NCBI GenBank assembly: GCA_002269645.1
Contig: NIVC01003677.1
Location: forward strand, 50,374 to 83,339
Length of the DNA stretch: 32,966 bases
Source: Macrostomum lignano
Lineage: Eukaryota
Reading direction: 5' to 3'
This document shows positions 31,383-32,966 of this stretch, piece by piece. How positions within the stretch are numbered: the first letter of the stretch is position 1; each line of letters begins with the position of its first letter. The notes under the pieces were generated by a model, which worked only from the letters and a program-made list of their open reading frames with translations, did no database searches and was not told where the DNA came from. Both the position numbers and the translations under genes were made by a program.

Positions 31383-32571
31383 TAAGACAGGCCGAACGGT
31401 GGCGGCTTAGCTGGAAATTTGAAAGTGTAAACGATAATTTCGTGGTTGCTTCGCCAAACTTAGCAAGGGAGAGAGGGCTTGCAACGGTGTATTTAAAATA
31501 GCCACACAAATAAAGAGACACTCCAGAATGGGGGCAAAAGCGTTGCCCGGCCAGATAAATTAACCATAGGCTACAAGACCCCACCAGCAGCAGCAGCAAC
31601 AGCAGTACAGTGCTGCACTTGGCAGCGGATTCTTTGGCGGCGGCTGATGCGGCCAGTAAGACCTTGAGTTCATTCGCTACTGATATCATCGGGTGCCCAG
31701 TTTAAGCTGCATATTACGCGGGTCTAAAAGGGGGTAAATCATTTTCCACGTCAATTGAGCCAGTAATTCAAGCCTTAGTGGGGAAAATGTGGCTACGGGA
31801 TCGAAACAATCTTTTCAAGACAAGATGCTACTATTCGCGGTAAAACTTGACAGTAGTGTATTTTGGTTGGATCGAAGCAGCAAAGTGCGAACAATTGCTT
31901 CAGATTTTGCTTTTATAAAATGAAAAGTTGACGCCTTTTCACCTCCCCGAAATCACTGGTGCAGGTCTCTTCCTTAAAATGAGAAAGGAGAAGGAAGAGA
32001 GGAAAGGGAAGGAGGGAGAGCACGAGGATAGGAGGGGCGGACAGAAGTGGAGGAAGGAGGAGAGACCATTTCAAGCATTCAGTGAAAATCTCACCCCTGA
32101 TAGCAACCCTAAATAGTGTAACGGGGAACTGAATTCATACCAGTCTCACCAGAGTTAGAATGAGCTCTCAGACAAATCTCAACTCAAACAAGAGTTTCTG
32201 TGACAGAGTTTTGGTATACAATGTTCATTTTAACAAATAACGTTAGCACTCGATTGCAGCAGGCTCAAAGGTAATTCTTGACAAAAAGACAAAAGCAAAA
32301 AAGGTTGGCATGATCGCAATTTAGTATTTCCCTTTTTGGTCAAATTACGAGCATACCCCAAACTGTTTCTTTACTTACGAGCGTATGTCTTTTTGTCACA
32401 AATTACTTTTGAGCCTTCATCTCCATGTCTCCTCATATTCCTTGTCTCCCCATTTCCCCTACCACCGTTATCCGCAGCTCCCGATGCACAGACCGCAAAA
32501 TAACTTTAAAAGCGAACTAAAAAGAAGAGAGAGAGGGAAAGAGACAAGGACAAAGAGAGGAGAGAGGGGGA

Positions 32572-32577
<6 letters not shown>

Positions 32578-32635
<58 letters not shown>
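32578..32635. repeat. (GA)n microsatellite in a purine-rich tract
   Basis: Read directly. Confidence 0.97.
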
Positions 32636-32640
<5 letters not shown>

Positions 32641-32966
32641 GAGAGATAGAGATAGTTTGCATTTGAACAACCAACTGAATGACAAATTAACGCATAAAAC
32701 AATTTAAATCTAACAATTATATTGTAACAAATGAAATGTGCTGCTTCGAACCTGTTATAGTAGGCCTAGTGTAATCTTTCACACTACTATAAATTATAAA
32801 GAAAGTAAAATAAGCAAATATGCAACATTAAATTTTGTTCACAAGAATATAAAAATTTGATTCCAAATGGCATCGCCCTTTATTGGCGCACTGAAAGAGG
32901 GTCCTCTGAAAGATTTCTGTGTATCGCGCTAAGCCGTATCTTGAAAACTGTACTCTACCCGTATTT

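Noticed and set aside
31330-31689. 119-aa ORF with a poly-Leu stretch
   Set aside because: The hydrophobic run comes from a CTG microsatellite, and its frame gives the wrong phase at the 31333 donor; an overlapping frame (ATG 31382) fits the caspase gene.
32385-32702. ORFs with ER/LS repeats
   Set aside because: Translations of the (GA)n microsatellite.

Overview
Eukaryotic (metazoan, probably invertebrate) genomic DNA: AT-rich intergenic sequence, GC-rich exons, GT-AG introns, SINEs and microsatellites. The style is reminiscent of a flatworm such as Macrostomum, but that is an unverified impression. (1) 1.8-11.4 kb: a tandem segmental duplication of a small two-exon secreted WSC + PAN/apple-like gene (copy 1 disabled, copy 2 intact), each followed by a (CAGT)n array; further inverted or fragmentary paralog remnants lie at ~6.8, ~8.6 and ~21.3 kb. 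(2) 12371-20103: a 7.7-kb non-coding foldback element with ~2.8-kb near-identical inverted arms and a CACGAG target-site duplication, inserted in a tRNA-derived SINE that has its own 14-bp TSD; an uninterrupted copy of that SINE at 26.5 kb confirms the empty site. (3) 23.3-25.4 kb: a CORE-like SINE and a decayed DIRS/Ngaro-type retrotransposon (RT-RNase H, split-direct-repeat-like end). (4) 27149-31382 (minus): the two caspase-like ORFs of the ORF track can be joined through canonical phase-1 GT-AG introns into one 4-exon, 999-aa protein with four caspase-fold domains, three apparently catalytically dead and one C-terminal domain keeping the His/Cys dyad. This is the most interesting signal. 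All homology calls are by eye; no database searches were run.
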